DNA from: Dehalococcoidia bacterium
Lineage (GTDB): Bacteria > Chloroflexota > Dehalococcoidia > Bin125
NCBI GenBank assembly: GCA_965205165.1
Contig: OZ242037.1
Span: 339,294 to 403,293, forward strand
Length of the DNA stretch: 64,000 nucleotides
Direction of reading: 5' to 3'
Positions 61,988 through 64,000 of the stretch are shown in pieces (within the stretch, counting starts at the first letter, position 1; every line of letters starts with the position of its first letter). The position numbers and the translations under genes are program-made. The notes beneath the pieces were generated by a model that ran no database searches, was not told where the DNA came from, and saw only the letters and a program-made list of their open reading frames with translations.

Positions 61988-64000
61988 CTAGATGCGGTTG
62001 CGGAGGCTGAGCGGTTCGTCGCGGATGACCTCTTGGGCTTCCAACTCCGCGACCTCTTCGGCGGGCAGGTGCAGGAGCTGCTGCAGGATCTCGCCGTTGT
62101 GCTCGCCGAACATCGGCGGCGGCAGGCGGTAGGTGACCGGAGTATCGGAGAGGCGGACGGGGCAGCCGGGGTAGGGCATCGGCCCGACCGCCTCCGAGTC
62201 GTGCCGCGCCCAGAAATCGCGGGCCTGGAGATGGTCGTTCTCCCACAGATCGCGCGAATCCGCGACCGGGGCGGCGATGATCCCGGCCGCTTGCAGCCGG
62301 ACGGCCGCGTCCCAAGGCGTGGTCGAGCGCGTCCAGCGGCCGATCGCCGCGTCGATCTCGTCGTGCCGCGTCTCCCGCTCGGCGAGCTCCCACGCGGCCC
62401 ACCCATCGGGCAGGCCGAGCAGCTCGCAGAGCGCCCGCCACTCGCCCTCGGCGGCAATCGAGACGGCGAGCCAGCGGTCGTCGCCCGCGCAGCGGTAGAC
62501 CCCTTGCGGCGCGAGGCCGGGCTGCCGGTTGCCCCGCCGCGGCGGCGGCCCGCCCTGCAGCTGCGCCGTGAGCAGGACGTCGCCCACGAACAACCCCATC
62601 GATTCGATCATCGCGCACTCGACCTGCTGCTGCCCGCCCCCGGCCGCGCGGTGCCAGAGCGCGGTGAGCGTGCCCGCCACCGCGCTCATCCCCGAAACGG
62701 GATCCGGCCAGGCCACGCCGGAGCGGTAGGGCCCGCTGTCCGCGTAGCCCGTCATCGCCGTCATCCCCGTCGCCGCCTCGATCACCGGCCCCAGCGCCAC
62801 CCGGTTCGCCCCCGGCCCGAACGCGCCGTAGCCGGGCATCGACGTGTGGACGACGTCCGGATTGAGCTGCGCGTAGGCCGCCGGGCCGAGGTTCCACTGC
62901 GGGAAGACCCGCGGGCTGAAGTTCTCCAAGATCACGTCCGACTGCGAGATCAGCCGGCGGAAGACCCGCTGCCCGCGCGGATCGGCGAGGTCGAGCACGA
63001 GGCTGCGCTTGTTGCGCGCCAGCTTGTTGAACCCGCCCGTGCGGTTCCAGTGCCGCTCGCCGACCACATTTTCGGGGTAGAGGTGCGTGAGCTCGGCGAT
63101 GCCCGGCGGCGCCTCCTTGGGCCCGCGGTTCCAAGGCGATTCGATGTGGATCGTGTCCGCGCCCAAATCGGCCAGCAACCGCCCCGCGATGGGCCCGGCC
63201 CAGACCCGGGTGAGATCGATCACCCGGATGCCGCTCAGCGGCCCGTCCGCAAGCTCCTCGCCCGTCCCCTTCGGCTCATGCGGCGGCCGGGCGCAGAACG
63301 CATCCAGCCCCGCATCGTCCAACGGAACCGGCGGCCGCGGATTGCCCGCCCCGTCGCCGATCCGGAAGCTGCCGCGGGGGATCGCCTCATCGCCCCGCTC
63401 GGCATCGAGCGGAACCAGGAACTCCCGCGCATGCAGATGCGGATCGGCGAGGTACTGGTGCGTGTCCCAGACCGGCCCCATCGGCGAGAAGGTCGCCTCG
63501 CCCAGCTCGCAAAGCTCCTCGACGGTCTGCGACATCAGCCACGGCCGGATCGCCTCGTTGAACTCCTTCTTCCGCGCCCCGCGGTCGACATCGGTGGCGA
63601 AACGCGGATCCTCGAGGATGTGCCCGAGCCCCGCCGCCTCGAGGAACGGAACGAGCTTCGCCCCGCCCGCGTGGCAGAGGAAGACGTAGCCGTCCTTGCA
63701 CTCGTAGACCCCGGCCGGGTGCCAGACGCCTGGCTGCGCGTTGCCCTCGCGCCTGAGGATGTGCCCGCCGTGGCTCCACATCGAGGTCGTGTGCTGGTGC
63801 ATGGCGACCATGCACTCCATGTGCGCGATCTCGACCGTCTGCCCGCGCCCCGTGCGCTCCCGCGCCAGCAGCGCCGCCATCGCCCCGATGTAGCCGTACA
63901 TCCCGCCCGAACATTCCGTATGCCGCCCCAGCCGCCGGATCGGCTCGCGATCCGGCTCCCCGTTGAGGTACATGTGCCCGCCCAGCGCATCATCGGTGAA
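61988..64000 (-). CDS. double-domain family III CoA-transferase (two fused CaiB/BaiF-like units); 5' end outside the window
   Basis: The reading frame is open to the window edge. An internal second N-terminal motif (GIRVIDLTRVWAGPIAGRLLADLGADTIHIESP) follows a complete first C-terminal half, which indicates a tandem fusion. Confidence 0.85.
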   Translation of the reverse strand, partial: FTDDALGGHMYLNGEPDREPIRRLGRHTECSGGMYGYIGAMAALLARERTGRGQTVEIAHMECMVAMHQHTTSMWSHGGHILRREGNAQPGVWHPAGVYECKDGYVFLCHAGGAKLVPFLEAAGLGHILEDPRFATDVDRGARKKEFNEAIRPWLMSQTVEELCELGEATFSPMGPVWDTHQYLADPHLHAREFLVPLDAERGDEAIPRGSFRIGDGAGNPRPPVPLDDAGLDAFCARPPHEPKGTGEELADGPLSGIRVIDLTRVWAGPIAGRLLADLGADTIHIESPWNRGPKEAPPGIAELTHLYPENVVGERHWNRTGGFNKLARNKRSLVLDLADPRGQRVFRRLISQSDVILENFSPRVFPQWNLGPAAYAQLNPDVVHTSMPGYGAFGPGANRVALGPVIEAATGMTAMTGYADSGPYRSGVAWPDPVSGMSAVAGTLTALWHRAAGGGQQQVECAMIESMGLFVGDVLLTAQLQGGPPPRRGNRQPGLAPQGVYRCAGDDRWLAVSIAAEGEWRALCELLGLPDGWAAWELAERETRHDEIDAAIGRWTRSTTPWDAAVRLQAAGIIAAPVADSRDLWENDHLQARDFWARHDSEAVGPMPYPGCPVRLSDTPVTYRLPPPMFGEHNGEILQQLLHLPAEEVAELEAQEVIRDEPLSLRNRI

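Overview
Very GC-rich bacterial chromosomal segment; G+C was judged by eye, not computed. High GC creates many long spurious ORFs antisense to or out of frame with real genes. I saw no rRNA, CRISPR array, transposase or integrase. About 50 genes are supportable.

Most are housekeeping or metabolic:
- gltB, glcD-glcE...glcF, pyrD, HtrA, Mrp/ApbC and a Crp/Fnr regulator
- a MarR+MFS pair, a crotonase and an SDR
- five family III CoA-transferases
- one tRNA-Pro(UGG)

Four regions look accessory or unusual:
1. 12991..15902: three tandem cassettes, each a DUF4065/SocA (Panacea-type) antitoxin-like gene overlapping by 4 nt a conserved 126-127 aa partner from a family I cannot name. This is a candidate new toxin family and my best candidate for an undescribed system.
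2. 17703..20521: a lower-GC island with two paralogous GIY-YIG + DUF4357 nuclease-like genes. One is translationally coupled to a small acidic protein.
3. 34431..37177: a lower-GC insertion (HNH endonuclease plus solute-binding protein) that splits glcDE from glcF.
4. 44836..61961, next to tRNA-Pro: a giant repetitive secreted-protein gene of about 15.7 kb.
   - It is built from about 150-aa Cys-pair modules arranged as a five-module, 2.3-kb super-repeat present three times.
   - In this assembly it is broken by two single-nucleotide frame shifts.
   - A G14 + (GA)5 tract in a G-rich leader precedes it.
   - Two duplicated tail-anchored coiled-coil genes lie upstream.

The taxon cannot be determined from this window alone.
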